From: Methanobacteriota archaeon
GTDB taxonomy: Archaea; JAADCQ01; Methanopyri; Methanopyrales; Methanopyraceae
Reading direction: 5' to 3'
NCBI GenBank assembly: GCA_027064425.1
Contig: JAMOPO010000003.1
Location: 32,001 to 96,000, forward strand
Length of the DNA stretch: 64,000 nucleotides
Positions within the stretch are counted from its first letter, which is position 1. Each line of letters begins with the position of its first letter. The position numbers and the translations under genes were made by a program. Below, one piece after another: positions 29,404-40,181 of this stretch. The notes under the pieces were generated by a model. That model was not told the origin of the DNA and did not search any database. It was given only the letters and a program-made list of their open reading frames with translations.

Positions 29404-32400
29404 TTGGCTGTAAAAGAGTTACGTTCGACTTTACCTCTCGCGGCGTTGGTGACGGCGCTCGCGGTCCTGGTCGGGGCCGCGGACGCCGCCCGGGTGCACG
29501 TGGTGCTGTTCACGAACGCGCCTCTTCCGGGGCTGAAGGAGGCGGAGCGCCAGGCCCACGCGTTCGTCAGCGTCTACCCGATCCCGAGGCAGCCCGAGGA
29601 CGCTTCGAGGATGCCCTGGGATCGGATCGTCCGGGACGTTTCCTCCGCCGATGTCGTGGTGATCGACGCGATGGGTGGCCTCCCTTCGGTCCTGATTCAC
29701 GAGCTCTCGGCCCGGATGGGCGCCCGGACGAGCGACCCCTCAGCGCTCGTGCGGTCGATCGCGCGCCGCGTTCCGGTGGTCATGCTGGTCGCGTCCAAGC
29801 CCGAGCGCTCCGTCGTTGAGATCCGAGGCGGCAGGCTGGCGAGCGTGGCGAGGGCCGGGACCGGCGTCCCGGAGGCGGTGGCCGCTCACGTCTGGCTGTG
29901 CCTGCACTCCGGCGACCCGGCGGCGCTGCTCACCTTCCTGGTCTGGGTGGCGGACCCCAGCTACCCGACCGATCGCGTGGTACCGCCCCGGCGTCTGGGC
30001 CGGGTGATGCTCTCGGTCTACGTGCCAGGGTCGGGGTACAGGTCGCTGGCGATTCGAGTGGATCCGCAGCGGTTCCACCGGTGGCTGCGAGAGCTGGAGC
30101 GCGGCGGCAAGGGCCTCCTGGTCTACGACGTGCGGCTAGCGCGCGAGCTTCCGGGTTGGGTCGTGGACGCGCTCGACTCGGCGGTGCCGCGGATGAGAGA
30201 CCTGCTGGGTGGGCTTCCGGACGACCTCGTGGTGGTCTTCACGCACGGAGTTTACGCGCTGACCCGAGTCCGCGCGGTGGTGGAGGAGCTCACCGACCGG
30301 CTGGATCGGGCGGCGAGGCGGTACGGGGTCAGGGCGGTCGCCGTCTTCTGCGGACTCGGGGTCGTGACGCCGGCTCAGGTCCTGGACGAGCTGCGCGAGC
30401 TGGGCAAGCGCGTGGAGGTAGTGGTCAGCGCCCGGGCCTTCACGCTCAACTTCCCCAGGCCGGCGGAGTACGTGCTGTCCCGGCTGGACGTTCCGCTGGT
30501 GCAGATCGTCTTCCCGTTCTCGAGCGATGAGAGGATGGCGGTCGGCAGGTACGTGAGCGAGCGGTCCGGCCCGCTGCTGGAGTGGACGTACCAGGTCCAG
30601 CTGGGCTCGGAGCGCGAGGGCGGGTTCTGGTTCCGCGTCCTGTGGCTGAACGCGCCCGAGGGGCCGAGGCTTCTCCCGGGTGCGCCGGACGACCTGGCGG
30701 GCCTGGTCGAGCGGCTGCTCAGGCTGAGAAAGCTGCCGAACCGTGACAAGCGGATCGCCCTCGTCGTGTACTGCTACCCGCCGGGACGCTCGGGGCTGGG
30801 GGCCGCGTACCTAGACGTTCCGCGGAGCCTGGTGCGGCTGCTGGCCGCGCTCGCCGGGGCCGGGTTCGACCTGGGCCCCGCGACTCGGTTCTTCTCTCGG
30901 CTATGGGCCCTGTACCGCGAGAGCCCGGAGAAGGCGAGGCTGCTGGAGAAGGCGCTCTCAACGGTCTTCGGGCTGCTCGCCGCCGGAGTGGATCCGCACC
31001 GTCCCGAGCGCTCGGTGGCGCTGCTGGTGAACGTGGGTCCGTGGAGCGGGCCGGAGCTGAGGAGGATCGTGAGCCTGTACCGGGGCGCTCGCGGGGAGTG
31101 GTCCACCGTCGTGGACGGCGTCCCGGTGCGGGTCATCGTTGATCGCGGCCTGATCACCGTGAGGATCGGCGACCTAGAGTTCACGCTGGGCCGCGTCTCA
31201 TCGGATCAGCTGGTGCCGGCCGATCGAGTGAAGGAGTGGTTCCGAGAGGACGTGCTCCGTCGGCTGAAGGCGTACCTGGACCTGGTGCGCGAGTGCAACC
31301 CCGCCGCCTACGAGCGGGCGCGCCGAGCCATTGAGGGCATGCTGAGGGCCTTCCGAGAGACCTGGGGTCCGGCCACCTCCAACCGCGGGCTGATGATCTG
31401 CGACGGGCACTACCTGGTCCCGGCCCTGGTGATAGGGAAGGTTGCGATCGTGCTGCAGCCGCCCCGGGGCTGGTCCGCCACCTCCACCGTCTACCACTCC
31501 CGAACCCTGCCACCGCACTGGCAGTACATCGCCGCGTACGAGTGGATACGGCGCGTGTTCCGGGCGGACGCGGTGGTTTACGTGGGCACCCACGGCACGT
31601 TCGAGTTCCTGCCCGGGCACGACCGCGGCCTGACGGTCACGGACTGGACGCACCTCCTCCTGCCCGACGTCCCGCAGGCCTACTTCTACATCGTCAGCAA
31701 TCCCGGCGAGGCCCTCCTGGCCAAGTACCGGGCGGGAGCCGTGCTGCTGACGTACCCCTCCCCGCCCACCGGGTACTTCCGGGACTACCGGCGGTACGCG
31801 GAGCTGGAGCGGCTCTGGTCCGAGTACGTTGCGTCCTCGGCCTACGGAGGATATCCGGCCGTCCAGCGTGAGATCCTGAGGAAGATCGTTGAGGAGGCCC
31901 GGAGGCTCGGGCTGCTGGACGAGATCGTGCGCGCGATCTTCCGGGAGCGCGGGCAGGCCCCACCGCCGGATCCGGTTCGGTGGGCGATGGAGCACCCGGA
32001 CGAGTTCCTCAGCGAGCTTCACGACTACCTGCTCAGCCTGCGAGGCGAGGCGTGCTTCTACGGGCTGCACACGCTGCTGGAGGACCTACCCGAGGACGTC
32101 GCGCTGCAGGAGGCGACGATGATCTACGCGCCCCGCTTCGCCCCGTACCTGGCGGTCGTGACGGGGTTCGTGGGGAAGGCCACGCTGCAGGAGGTGTACG
32201 AGCTGGCCGACGAGCGGCCCGAGCTGTACGAAAGGCTGAGGGAGGTCACGAGGAGGGTTCTGGAGAGGTTCCTGCGGCTGATCACGTCCAACCGGGCCCT
32301 AGTTGAGAGGCTCGACGAGTGGGTGCGGCTCGTCGACGAGGGCGAGCTGAAGGACGACGCGAGCCTCCTCTCCCGGGCGGACGCGATCCTGCACGAGCCG

Positions 32401-34806
32401 TCCGTGCGCTCGGCCCTGCTCTCCGCGTTCTCGGAGGCGCTGTCCGAGGAGGGCCTGGTCAAGGTAACCTCCGAGTACGACGAGGACCTGCTGAAGCTCC
32501 TCGCCGGCGCTTACCGAGAGTACGTGCACGTGCTGCGGTCCGGGGAGTACGAGCTGCGAGGACTTCTAGCGTTCCTGAGCGGTGGCCACGTGCCCACCGG
32601 TGGCCTCGGTGAGCCACTGTGGAACCCGAGGGCCTTCCCGGTGGGCCGCAACGGAGTCCCCTTCGATCCTCACACCCTACCCACCCCGGAGGCGTGGGAG
32701 GTGGCCAAGCGACTCGTGGACGAGCTCCTCGCCCGGTACTACCGGCTGCACCACCGGTGGCCCGAGACGGTCACGGTCATCCTCTTCGCGGCCCACGAGC
32801 TCACCTCGGGTGGCCTCGGGATCGCCGAGGTGCTCTACCTGCTCGGGGTCAAGCCGGTCTGGGACCCGGGCACCGGCAGGGTCGTGGCGCTCCGGGTCAT
32901 CCCGCTGGACAAGCTGACGGTCCGGGTGGACGGCGTCCCGGTGCGCCGGCCCCGAATCGACGTGATCGCCCTCTGCACCGCCGTCATGACGTCGATCGAG
33001 CCCCTGATCCGCCTGCTGGCCCTGGCCTCCCGGATGGTCTGCCGACTCAACGAGCCGCCGGAGTGGAACTACCCGAGGAAGCACTACCTGCGGCTGGTCG
33101 AGGCGGGCGTCGAGGAGCGAATCGCGGCGACGCGGGTGTTCGGGGAGCCGCCCGGTGACCCGCAGGGTACGGGCGTCAACCGAGTCATCGAGTTCGGGTG
33201 GTCGGAGCTGACCGAGGGCCTGGGCATCTCCGGGTCCGGGACGCTGGACCAGCGCCTCCTGGGCAGAGTCGTTCAGTCGTTCGAGTCCCGCGTCGCGTAC
33301 GCGTTCGTCGTCGAGGGGCCGGACGGGACCGAGGTCCGGCTGGACGCGCTGACCGGGTACCGCGCCGCGCTCTCGGCCGTGAGGGCCTTCCGCCTGCTGG
33401 CCCGAACCGTGGACGTCGTCGTGGACCAGATCGTCAACGCGTTCAACGTGATCGACGTCAACGACTACTACTCCTGGGCCGGCGGCATGGCCGCCTACGT
33501 CCGGTGGCTGCGCGGCCGCGAGCCGCTGGTGTACTTCACCGTCGCCCGGAACCCGATGGCGGCGAGCGTTCAGAGCCTGGCCGAGCGGGTCTCCATCGAG
33601 GTCCGGACGGAGCTGCTGAGCCCGAGCTGGTGGCGCGCACTGATGGAGCACGGCCCGGACGTCGGGTGGCACGAGGTGGAGAAGCGCTTGGGGAACCTGA
33701 TCGGAGTCCTCTCGACCATGAGGCAGGCTCGGTCCGTCGGCGACGTTCTCTTGACGCGAATCGCCCGCACGATCGTGGCCATGCTCCGGGTCTACCGGCC
33801 GAACACCCCGCTGGGGTGGGCCAACGTACAGTCCGCACTGGCGTGGCTCGTCGAGGCCGCCAGGGTCGGGCTCTGGCACCCGGACAGGAGGACCCTAGCG
33901 GACGTCGTCCGTGCGTGGGCCGAGGTAACGGCCCGGTACGGCCCGTCCACGTGCCACCACACGAGCCCCAACCCAAGCACCGTCGCCTACGTCCAGCGCG
34001 TGGCGTCGATTCTCCACCTCGCGGACGTACAGCGCCTGCTGCCCAAGGTGGTGGCCGCCTACCGGAGCCTGGATAACCCCGAGATCGTGCGGCGGATAGC
34101 CTCGCTGGAGCGGGCGATACCACCGTCACCCCGGTCGTCCCCGGAGACCGTACCGACGACCGGGACGCCAGCGGTCGGAGCACCCGCGACGACAGCACCC
34201 GGCCGGCCCGCCCGCGGATCCGGATCACCCGGTCCCGGGTCGTCGGCACTCCGAGCCCGGGCGGTCATCAGGCCGACCTCAGCGACCGGTCGCGCAAGCT
34301 ACGGGACCGGGGCGCCCGGGGGCGGAGGCGTACGCGCCCTTACCAGAGCGATCGCGAGGGTAGTCGCCGAGACCGCGCGGGTCATCCGCACCGTGGAGTC
34401 TCCCCACCGGGTCGCGGCCAGCGTAGTCTCGCCCGCGCGCAGCATCCCGCCCCTCCCCGGGACGACGCCGGCAGGAACCCGCCGGGCCCGCGGTAGGCCT
34501 GGGGTACCCAGGAGTCGGGGCGAGTCTCGAGCTGAGCTTCCCTCAGCCTCCGGCGGCAGGATCCTCACCCGCGCCGCCTCGGGCACTCTAAGCTCGCTCG
34601 GCCCGGCGACGCGCTCGCGCGCGACGGCCGGTGGTAAGGCCCGGGGTGCCACTCGGCCCCCAGCAGCCCGGACGATGAGCCGGATGAGCTCGGCCGCGAC
34701 CCCGCCCCGGGAGATCTGGGAGTGGGTGCTGGCCCTGCTCCTGACGATCCTGGTCGCGTCGGTGGGTGCACTCTGGAAACGGGTTGAGAGCGCCGGGAAA
34801 TGGTGA
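29404..34806 (+). CDS. CobN/Mg-chelatase H-family protein, apparently exported and membrane-anchored
   Basis: QPPRGW, PPHWQYIAAYEW, VGTHGTFEFLPG, RRPRIDV, NDYY, TCHH; N-terminal signal peptide and C-terminal TM. Confidence 0.88.
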   Translation: MAVKELRSTLPLAALVTALAVLVGAADAARVHVVLFTNAPLPGLKEAERQAHAFVSVYPIPRQPEDASRMPWDRIVRDVSSADVVVIDAMGGLPSVLIHELSARMGARTSDPSALVRSIARRVPVVMLVASKPERSVVEIRGGRLASVARAGTGVPEAVAAHVWLCLHSGDPAALLTFLVWVADPSYPTDRVVPPRRLGRVMLSVYVPGSGYRSLAIRVDPQRFHRWLRELERGGKGLLVYDVRLARELPGWVVDALDSAVPRMRDLLGGLPDDLVVVFTHGVYALTRVRAVVEELTDRLDRAARRYGVRAVAVFCGLGVVTPAQVLDELRELGKRVEVVVSARAFTLNFPRPAEYVLSRLDVPLVQIVFPFSSDERMAVGRYVSERSGPLLEWTYQVQLGSEREGGFWFRVLWLNAPEGPRLLPGAPDDLAGLVERLLRLRKLPNRDKRIALVVYCYPPGRSGLGAAYLDVPRSLVRLLAALAGAGFDLGPATRFFSRLWALYRESPEKARLLEKALSTVFGLLAAGVDPHRPERSVALLVNVGPWSGPELRRIVSLYRGARGEWSTVVDGVPVRVIVDRGLITVRIGDLEFTLGRVSSDQLVPADRVKEWFREDVLRRLKAYLDLVRECNPAAYERARRAIEGMLRAFRETWGPATSNRGLMICDGHYLVPALVIGKVAIVLQPPRGWSATSTVYHSRTLPPHWQYIAAYEWIRRVFRADAVVYVGTHGTFEFLPGHDRGLTVTDWTHLLLPDVPQAYFYIVSNPGEALLAKYRAGAVLLTYPSPPTGYFRDYRRYAELERLWSEYVASSAYGGYPAVQREILRKIVEEARRLGLLDEIVRAIFRERGQAPPPDPVRWAMEHPDEFLSELHDYLLSLRGEACFYGLHTLLEDLPEDVALQEATMIYAPRFAPYLAVVTGFVGKATLQEVYELADERPELYERLREVTRRVLERFLRLITSNRALVERLDEWVRLVDEGELKDDASLLSRADAILHEPSVRSALLSAFSEALSEEGLVKVTSEYDEDLLKLLAGAYREYVHVLRSGEYELRGLLAFLSGGHVPTGGLGEPLWNPRAFPVGRNGVPFDPHTLPTPEAWEVAKRLVDELLARYYRLHHRWPETVTVILFAAHELTSGGLGIAEVLYLLGVKPVWDPGTGRVVALRVIPLDKLTVRVDGVPVRRPRIDVIALCTAVMTSIEPLIRLLALASRMVCRLNEPPEWNYPRKHYLRLVEAGVEERIAATRVFGEPPGDPQGTGVNRVIEFGWSELTEGLGISGSGTLDQRLLGRVVQSFESRVAYAFVVEGPDGTEVRLDALTGYRAALSAVRAFRLLARTVDVVVDQIVNAFNVIDVNDYYSWAGGMAAYVRWLRGREPLVYFTVARNPMAASVQSLAERVSIEVRTELLSPSWWRALMEHGPDVGWHEVEKRLGNLIGVLSTMRQARSVGDVLLTRIARTIVAMLRVYRPNTPLGWANVQSALAWLVEAARVGLWHPDRRTLADVVRAWAEVTARYGPSTCHHTSPNPSTVAYVQRVASILHLADVQRLLPKVVAAYRSLDNPEIVRRIASLERAIPPSPRSSPETVPTTGTPAVGAPATTAPGRPARGSGSPGPGSSALRARAVIRPTSATGRASYGTGAPGGGGVRALTRAIARVVAETARVIRTVESPHRVAASVVSPARSIPPLPGTTPAGTRRARGRPGVPRSRGESRAELPSASGGRILTRAASGTLSSLGPATRSRATAGGKARGATRPPAARTMSRMSSAATPPREIWEWVLALLLTILVASVGALWKRVESAGKW

Positions 34807-34809
34807 TCA

Positions 34810-36450
34810 TCAGAACGCAAACCAGCCGGGTAGGGCGTACGGGACGCTCGGCCTGCGACCCTTGAGGAACGCGTCCAGCGCCTCCTTTCTCCCCACTCCG
34901 GGCAGTCGTGAGAGCACGTCGGGCCCGTCCTCTCGCCGGATCGGGAGGGGGACGATCTCCACGGAACGTGCCGAGTGGCCGACCACGAGCCCGTCGATCC
35001 ACTCCCCGGGCTCCCGGTCGGCCGCGAGCCTGCACGCGATCGGGTACGACCCAATCTGCCGGGCGAACTCGGGCTTACGGGGTTCCACGCGGAGGCGCCG
35101 GAGGACGGTCCCTTTCGGGACGACGCGGCGGAGCAGTTTCGGATCGATCTCCTCCCGAACGAACCGCTTGAAGGCGGTCACCCGGTCCCGGTTCCGCTCC
35201 AGCCACCTGGTCCCGTGCCTCTCCATCTCCGTCCCGGGGAACGGGACGACGTTGCGCACGTTGATCCGCCGGACGATGAGGCCCCGCTCCACCAGCTCCT
35301 TCAGCGCGCGCTCGTCGGTCCGGTAGCGCTCGCGGTCCTCGCCGATCAGACCGCACACGATGTTGATCCCCGGGAGCACGTACGGGAGGCCGTTCCACCC
35401 GCGGACGCGGCCGATGGAGGCGACGATGCGGATGGCTCGGAACACCTCCTCCCTGGACCGCACGTTGAGGTTGTTGCGCTCGGCGACGCGCTCGTCGAAG
35501 GTCTCGACGCCGAAGGCGAGCACGTTACCTGGGGTCCCGTATCGGACGAGGAGCTTCGTGATCTCCCGGGACTCCTCCGGGTGCTCGGCGATGACCGCCG
35601 GGTTGGCGTTGTCCACGTGAAGCGTGACCAGGTCCGGCGCGACCGCGTTGATCCCTCTCAGCAGGCGGCGTAGGGCGTCCGGGTCGGGTTTGGGACGTTC
35701 GGTCTCACCGATCCCCCGGGCCATGTAGGAGTAGATGCAGGGCTGGCGACCGAGCCGGAAGTGTCGCACGCCGACCCGGTAGAGCGCCCTGACCTCCTCG
35801 ATGATGTGCTTGGGGGGCCGGAACTCGGGCCTCCCGTACCTTGGAACCTCGGTGCAGAAGGAGCAGCCGCCGCTGATGTACCGGGGGCAGCCGCGGTAGG
35901 TTTCCAGCTCGGCGATCACGGCGTCAGGGTAATCCACGTGCTCGCGGGCGGCGGGCGCCCCCTTGACCGCGTACTCTCGGAGCTCCTCGACCGCGCGCTC
36001 ACGCTCCGGGTCCACGGCCTCCGGTGAACCCTCGCGGACGAGGTCGTACACGACCGCCTCGACGTCCCCGGTGGCGACGAGATCGACGCCCTCCACCTCG
36101 GTCTCCGGCAGCTCGCCCCCGATTCGGCCGTGACCGGACTGCGCGGCCGGGCCGCCGAGGACGGTGATCGCGTCCACGTCCCGCAGTATCTCGAGCATCT
36201 CGTTCAGGTCCGCGGGCTCGGCGCCGAGGTACCGGCCCGGCGTGTGCACGCCGCAGATGCCCACGACCACGTCAAAGCGGTTGAGGTCGATCCTTCCCTC
36301 CCTCACCCGCTCGATGGGGACGTAGCGGACCTCGGAGGCGCCGGCGGCCCGGGCGGCCCCGTAGGCGTAACGCGGGTGGGTGCCCAGGTAGGGTGGGACG
36401 CCGAGTCCGGCGGGCTCGTCGGTGTACCCGTCGACGATGGCGACCCTCAC
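34810..36450 (-). CDS. Radical SAM protein with C-terminal HhH
   Basis: DGYTDEPAGLGVPPY, ETYRGC....GGCSFC, HVDNANP, LPGVG. Confidence 0.9.
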   Translation of the reverse strand: MRVAIVDGYTDEPAGLGVPPYLGTHPRYAYGAARAAGASEVRYVPIERVREGRIDLNRFDVVVGICGVHTPGRYLGAEPADLNEMLEILRDVDAITVLGGPAAQSGHGRIGGELPETEVEGVDLVATGDVEAVVYDLVREGSPEAVDPERERAVEELREYAVKGAPAAREHVDYPDAVIAELETYRGCPRYISGGCSFCTEVPRYGRPEFRPPKHIIEEVRALYRVGVRHFRLGRQPCIYSYMARGIGETERPKPDPDALRRLLRGINAVAPDLVTLHVDNANPAVIAEHPEESREITKLLVRYGTPGNVLAFGVETFDERVAERNNLNVRSREEVFRAIRIVASIGRVRGWNGLPYVLPGINIVCGLIGEDRERYRTDERALKELVERGLIVRRINVRNVVPFPGTEMERHGTRWLERNRDRVTAFKRFVREEIDPKLLRRVVPKGTVLRRLRVEPRKPEFARQIGSYPIACRLAADREPGEWIDGLVVGHSARSVEIVPLPIRREDGPDVLSRLPGVGRKEALDAFLKGRRPSVPYALPGWFAF

Positions 36451-36455
36451 GCGGG

Positions 36456-38948
36456 TTACCCCATGAACTGGTCGAGCGTCTTCTGCGAGGTGGTCTCGCC
36501 CACGATCTGGCTCCTGGAGTACCCCAGCGCCTTCATGATGCGCTCGACGGCCGGCAGGATCTGGTGCTCGATGTAGTAATCGATGTCCGGCTCCTTGCCC
36601 TCCTCCCGGGCCAGCTCGACCGGATAGGCCTTGTCGCTGACGCTGCCGGGCCCGCGGACGATCACGTAGCGTACGATGGTGCCGGGTTCGGGCTCGGTTC
36701 CCAGGCGCCGGGCGAGCCGCAGCGCGGCGCGAACGTGCGGGCCCTTCTGGACGTACTCGGAGGGCCTCTTCGTGAGCTGGGAGGTAACGGCGAGCTCGTC
36801 CAGATCCACCTCGCCCGAGCGCAGCCGGTCGAGCACCCGGTGGATCTCCTTGAGGGCCGCGTCCGGGTCGTTGTCCTCGAGGATGCGCTTGAGCACCCGG
36901 CGCTGGGTCTCGCGCGCGATCGGGGCCCAGTCCCGGCGCACGACCTCGAGTCCCTTCGTCACGATCTTGCCCTCGGTCGTGTAACCGGCGTACTTCTTCT
37001 TGGTCACGAACAGGATGCGCTCGTACACGTCCTCGAGCTCGAGCTCGACCGGCAGCCGCTCGTTCACGTACTCCAGGAACTCCTTCACGCGGTCGATGGT
37101 CTCGCTGAGGTCGGCGTCGGGCAGCTTGAGGAACAGGGAGTCCGTGTCACCGTAGACGACCTTCAGCCCGTACTTCTCCTCCGCGATCTCTCGGACCTTG
37201 CGGATGTAGTACCGGCCCCAGGCGGTCACGCTCTCCGCGCACTCCCGGCAGTACCAGCGCGCGTTGGCCCACCCCATGTAACCGTAGTAGCTGTTCGCCA
37301 GGACCTTGTAGGCCTGCTGTCGCACGTCGAGGAGCTTGTACTTCTTGGGCTCCTCGTCCGGGTCCACCTCGCGCAGCCGGGCCTTGTACTCCCGGCGCCG
37401 CTTGATCAGGCGCTTGACCAGCCGGGGAAAGAAGCCCTCGCGCTTCCGGCAGAACTTGTGGCCGACGCTCGGCGTGACGGTGGCCTCGGCGGGGTCGTCC
37501 GCCTCCTCGACCGTGACCTCCGGGCAGCAGTCGCAGTCGAACGTGTCGGGCGAGATGTTGTGGTGGACCATCACGTTGGGGTACAGGCTGGCGAAGTCGA
37601 CGCACACGACGTTCTCGTGCAGGCCGATCTCCGGCTCGAACACGATGGCTCCCTTGTAGGCCTCCCTCCGCCGCCGCTCGTACTCGTCCCGCGAGGGCTT
37701 GTTCGGCGCCAGGATCCCCTCGCGGCGCGCGAGGTACAGCGCCCGCCACTCCGCTAGCTGCCCGAAGCTGAACCGGACGGCGTCCGGCAGGGGCAGCCGG
37801 GTCAGGTAAGAGAGCTCCAGCTCGACCTGCGCGAGCTCGAGACCCAGCTCGAGCGTGTAGTGAGCGTCCTCCGCGGAGTACCGGAACAGCTTCTCCAGGT
37901 CCCCTCGCTTCCAGGCTTCATTGATCTCGTCCAGCTCCAGCTCCTCCTTGTCCACGCCGAGCACGTCCCGGACGGCCTCCTCCAGCGTGAACCGCTCCAG
38001 CTTGAGGTTCTTCTGGGCCGTGTGGTACAGGTCCACGTGCGCCCGACCAAAGATATCGGAGGCCTGCCGGGCCGCGCCCGGTCGGATGACGATGCCCCGC
38101 TTCCCGGGCGGTCGGGCGAGCCCGTCCACGTCCACGCCCAGCCGGTCCGCCCTCCGCTTCAGGTACGGGAGGTCGAACTCGTCGCCGTTGTAGGTGAACA
38201 CCACGTCCGGGTCGACCCGCCGGAACCGCTCAACGAACTCGCGCAGCATCGCGGCCTCAGACTCGCAGACGACGACCTCAGTCTCCACGCCGTCGACGGT
38301 GAACTCCGCCTCCTCCCCCTTCCACGTGAACACGTAGTTCTTCCGCTCACCGTCCGGCGTCCGGTACGAGAAGCTGATCGAGATCACCGGGCCGGACGAC
38401 TCCTTCGTGGTCGTCCCGGGCTCCGCCAGCACCTCGATGTCGAAGCTGGCCACCACCAGCTCGTCCAGCGGGTAGGGCCGGTGGTCCAGCTCCCGCGCCT
38501 CCTCCGCGTCCGCGAAGTAGGCCGGGAGTCCCGACCACGATCCCTCCTCCAGCCCGGACACGTCGATCTCGGACGCGGGCGGCACGTTCAGGTCAATGGC
38601 CGCGCGGCGCACGAACGGGATGTCCGCCTCGTACACCTCCTTGACGCCGTCCAGCTCCTTGACCTGCTCTCGGAGCTTCGGCACGACCTTGGGGTAGGTG
38701 ACCTCCACCCGGTACAGCTCGACCCGCTCGCCCGAGTACGGGTGGCGACGCTCGACCTCCTCGACCCTGACGACCCCGGAGAGGTCCTCCAGCCGGCTCG
38801 GATCGAACCCGTCCTCGGCCTCCACGTAGAAATAGGGTCGGAAGCCGCGGACTACGAGCGCGGCGGGCTCACCGTCCCGGAGCCGGCCCACGAATATCAC
38901 GTCCGGGTCGCCCTTACGGGCGTAGTCCACCCAGACGCTCCGGAGCAC
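36456..38948 (-). CDS. polB: Family B DNA polymerase
   Basis: FDIE, YNGDEFD, DFASLYP, KVLANSYYG, YGDTDS, KKKY; no intein. Confidence 0.98.
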   Translation of the reverse strand: MLRSVWVDYARKGDPDVIFVGRLRDGEPAALVVRGFRPYFYVEAEDGFDPSRLEDLSGVVRVEEVERRHPYSGERVELYRVEVTYPKVVPKLREQVKELDGVKEVYEADIPFVRRAAIDLNVPPASEIDVSGLEEGSWSGLPAYFADAEEARELDHRPYPLDELVVASFDIEVLAEPGTTTKESSGPVISISFSYRTPDGERKNYVFTWKGEEAEFTVDGVETEVVVCESEAAMLREFVERFRRVDPDVVFTYNGDEFDLPYLKRRADRLGVDVDGLARPPGKRGIVIRPGAARQASDIFGRAHVDLYHTAQKNLKLERFTLEEAVRDVLGVDKEELELDEINEAWKRGDLEKLFRYSAEDAHYTLELGLELAQVELELSYLTRLPLPDAVRFSFGQLAEWRALYLARREGILAPNKPSRDEYERRRREAYKGAIVFEPEIGLHENVVCVDFASLYPNVMVHHNISPDTFDCDCCPEVTVEEADDPAEATVTPSVGHKFCRKREGFFPRLVKRLIKRRREYKARLREVDPDEEPKKYKLLDVRQQAYKVLANSYYGYMGWANARWYCRECAESVTAWGRYYIRKVREIAEEKYGLKVVYGDTDSLFLKLPDADLSETIDRVKEFLEYVNERLPVELELEDVYERILFVTKKKYAGYTTEGKIVTKGLEVVRRDWAPIARETQRRVLKRILEDNDPDAALKEIHRVLDRLRSGEVDLDELAVTSQLTKRPSEYVQKGPHVRAALRLARRLGTEPEPGTIVRYVIVRGPGSVSDKAYPVELAREEGKEPDIDYYIEHQILPAVERIMKALGYSRSQIVGETTSQKTLDQFMG

Positions 38949-38963
38949 GGCTCGATCCCCCGA

Positions 38964-39617
38964 TCACCGGATCCCGACGACGGTACAGAGGTAGCCGGGA
39001 TCCTCCGGTTCCTCGATCTTCTTCACCTCTTCCCCAGGGAAGCACAGCTCGCGGCACAGGTACACGTCGAACCCCTCCTCGAGGAGCCGCCGTATCCCGC
39101 GCTTGATCGGCTTGTACAGGATGACGGCGTCCACATCGTCCAGCCGGTCCGGGGGCTCGCGAGTGCACACCAGCAGCCGGTCGTTCCCCATAACCAGCGG
39201 TCTCCCGATCCGGACCGCGCACAGCAGTCCGGCCGGAATGCCCGGGATCAGCTCCACGTTCACGTCCGCTCTCAGCCACCTTACGACGTGCCAGAAGGTG
39301 GAGTAGAGCGTCACGTCGCCCAGGCTGCAGACGGCCACCTCCCCGTGCTCGCGGAGCAGCTCCTCGGCGATCCTCGCGGCCTTACGGTAAGCTTTTTCTC
39401 GCTCCCGCCTGTCGCGGGTCATCGGAGCCTGGTATCCCACGATCACCGCCTCGGGGTTCAGCGACTTGACCACCTCCGCTGCCCGGCTGGAGGCCCCGAC
39501 GAAGGGGACCATGACCACGGGCACCCGTCTGATCACCTCGGCCGCCCTGAGCGTCACCAGGTCGGGGTCGCCTGGGCCCAGCCCCACCCCGTAGAGGGTG
39601 GGCCTCCCCGTGCTCAA
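38964..39617 (-). CDS. cbiL: Precorrin-2/cobalt-factor II C20-methyltransferase
   Basis: LYGVGLGPGDPDLVT, LGDVTLYSTF, IPGI; TTG start at 39617. Confidence 0.85.
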   Translation of the reverse strand: MSTGRPTLYGVGLGPGDPDLVTLRAAEVIRRVPVVMVPFVGASSRAAEVVKSLNPEAVIVGYQAPMTRDRREREKAYRKAARIAEELLREHGEVAVCSLGDVTLYSTFWHVVRWLRADVNVELIPGIPAGLLCAVRIGRPLVMGNDRLLVCTREPPDRLDDVDAVILYKPIKRGIRRLLEEGFDVYLCRELCFPGEEVKKIEEPEDPGYLCTVVGIR

Positions 39618-40170
39618 CCCGATCGACCCCGATCGGCTTCTCACCGAGGGCGTGCCGGGGCCGACGAAGCCGCCGGCGAAGTCGGTGATAATATCCCTCC
39701 TGCGCCCGCGGCCGGGGGAGCGCATCCTGGAGGTGGGGGCGGGCTCGGGCTCGATCACGCTGGAGCTGGCCAAGTGCGTGGGACCTTGGGGCGAGGTGAT
39801 CGCGGTGGAGCGGGACGAGGAGGCGCTGCGCTCGCTGAAGTCGAACCTCCGGGACTTCTGCGCGCTCGACCGGGTGAAGGTGATCGAGGGTGAGGCGCCG
39901 GACGCCCTCGAGGACGTCGGCGAGGTGGACGCGGCACTCGTCTCCGGCTCGGACCGTCTAGACGAGCTGCTCGACGACCTCCGCACCCGGGTCAGGAGTC
40001 GAATACTCCTCAACGCGGTGCTGCCCGAGACCTTCTCCAGGGCCACGGAGCGTCTGAGCGACTGGGAGGTCGCCTCGTTGTGCATGGTCTGGGGGGAGGG
40101 CAAGCGCGTGGTCAGGGGGACCCTGTTCTCCGGCATGCGGACGCTGTTCCTCGCCCTCTTCACCAGGTGA
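39610..40170 (+). CDS. cbiT: Cobalt-precorrin-6B C15-methyltransferase
   Basis: PGPTK, EVGAGSGSI, GEAP, LNAV. Confidence 0.85.
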   Translation: MLNPIDPDRLLTEGVPGPTKPPAKSVIISLLRPRPGERILEVGAGSGSITLELAKCVGPWGEVIAVERDEEALRSLKSNLRDFCALDRVKVIEGEAPDALEDVGEVDAALVSGSDRLDELLDDLRTRVRSRILLNAVLPETFSRATERLSDWEVASLCMVWGEGKRVVRGTLFSGMRTLFLALFTR

Positions 40171-40181
40171 GGGGTGTCAGG

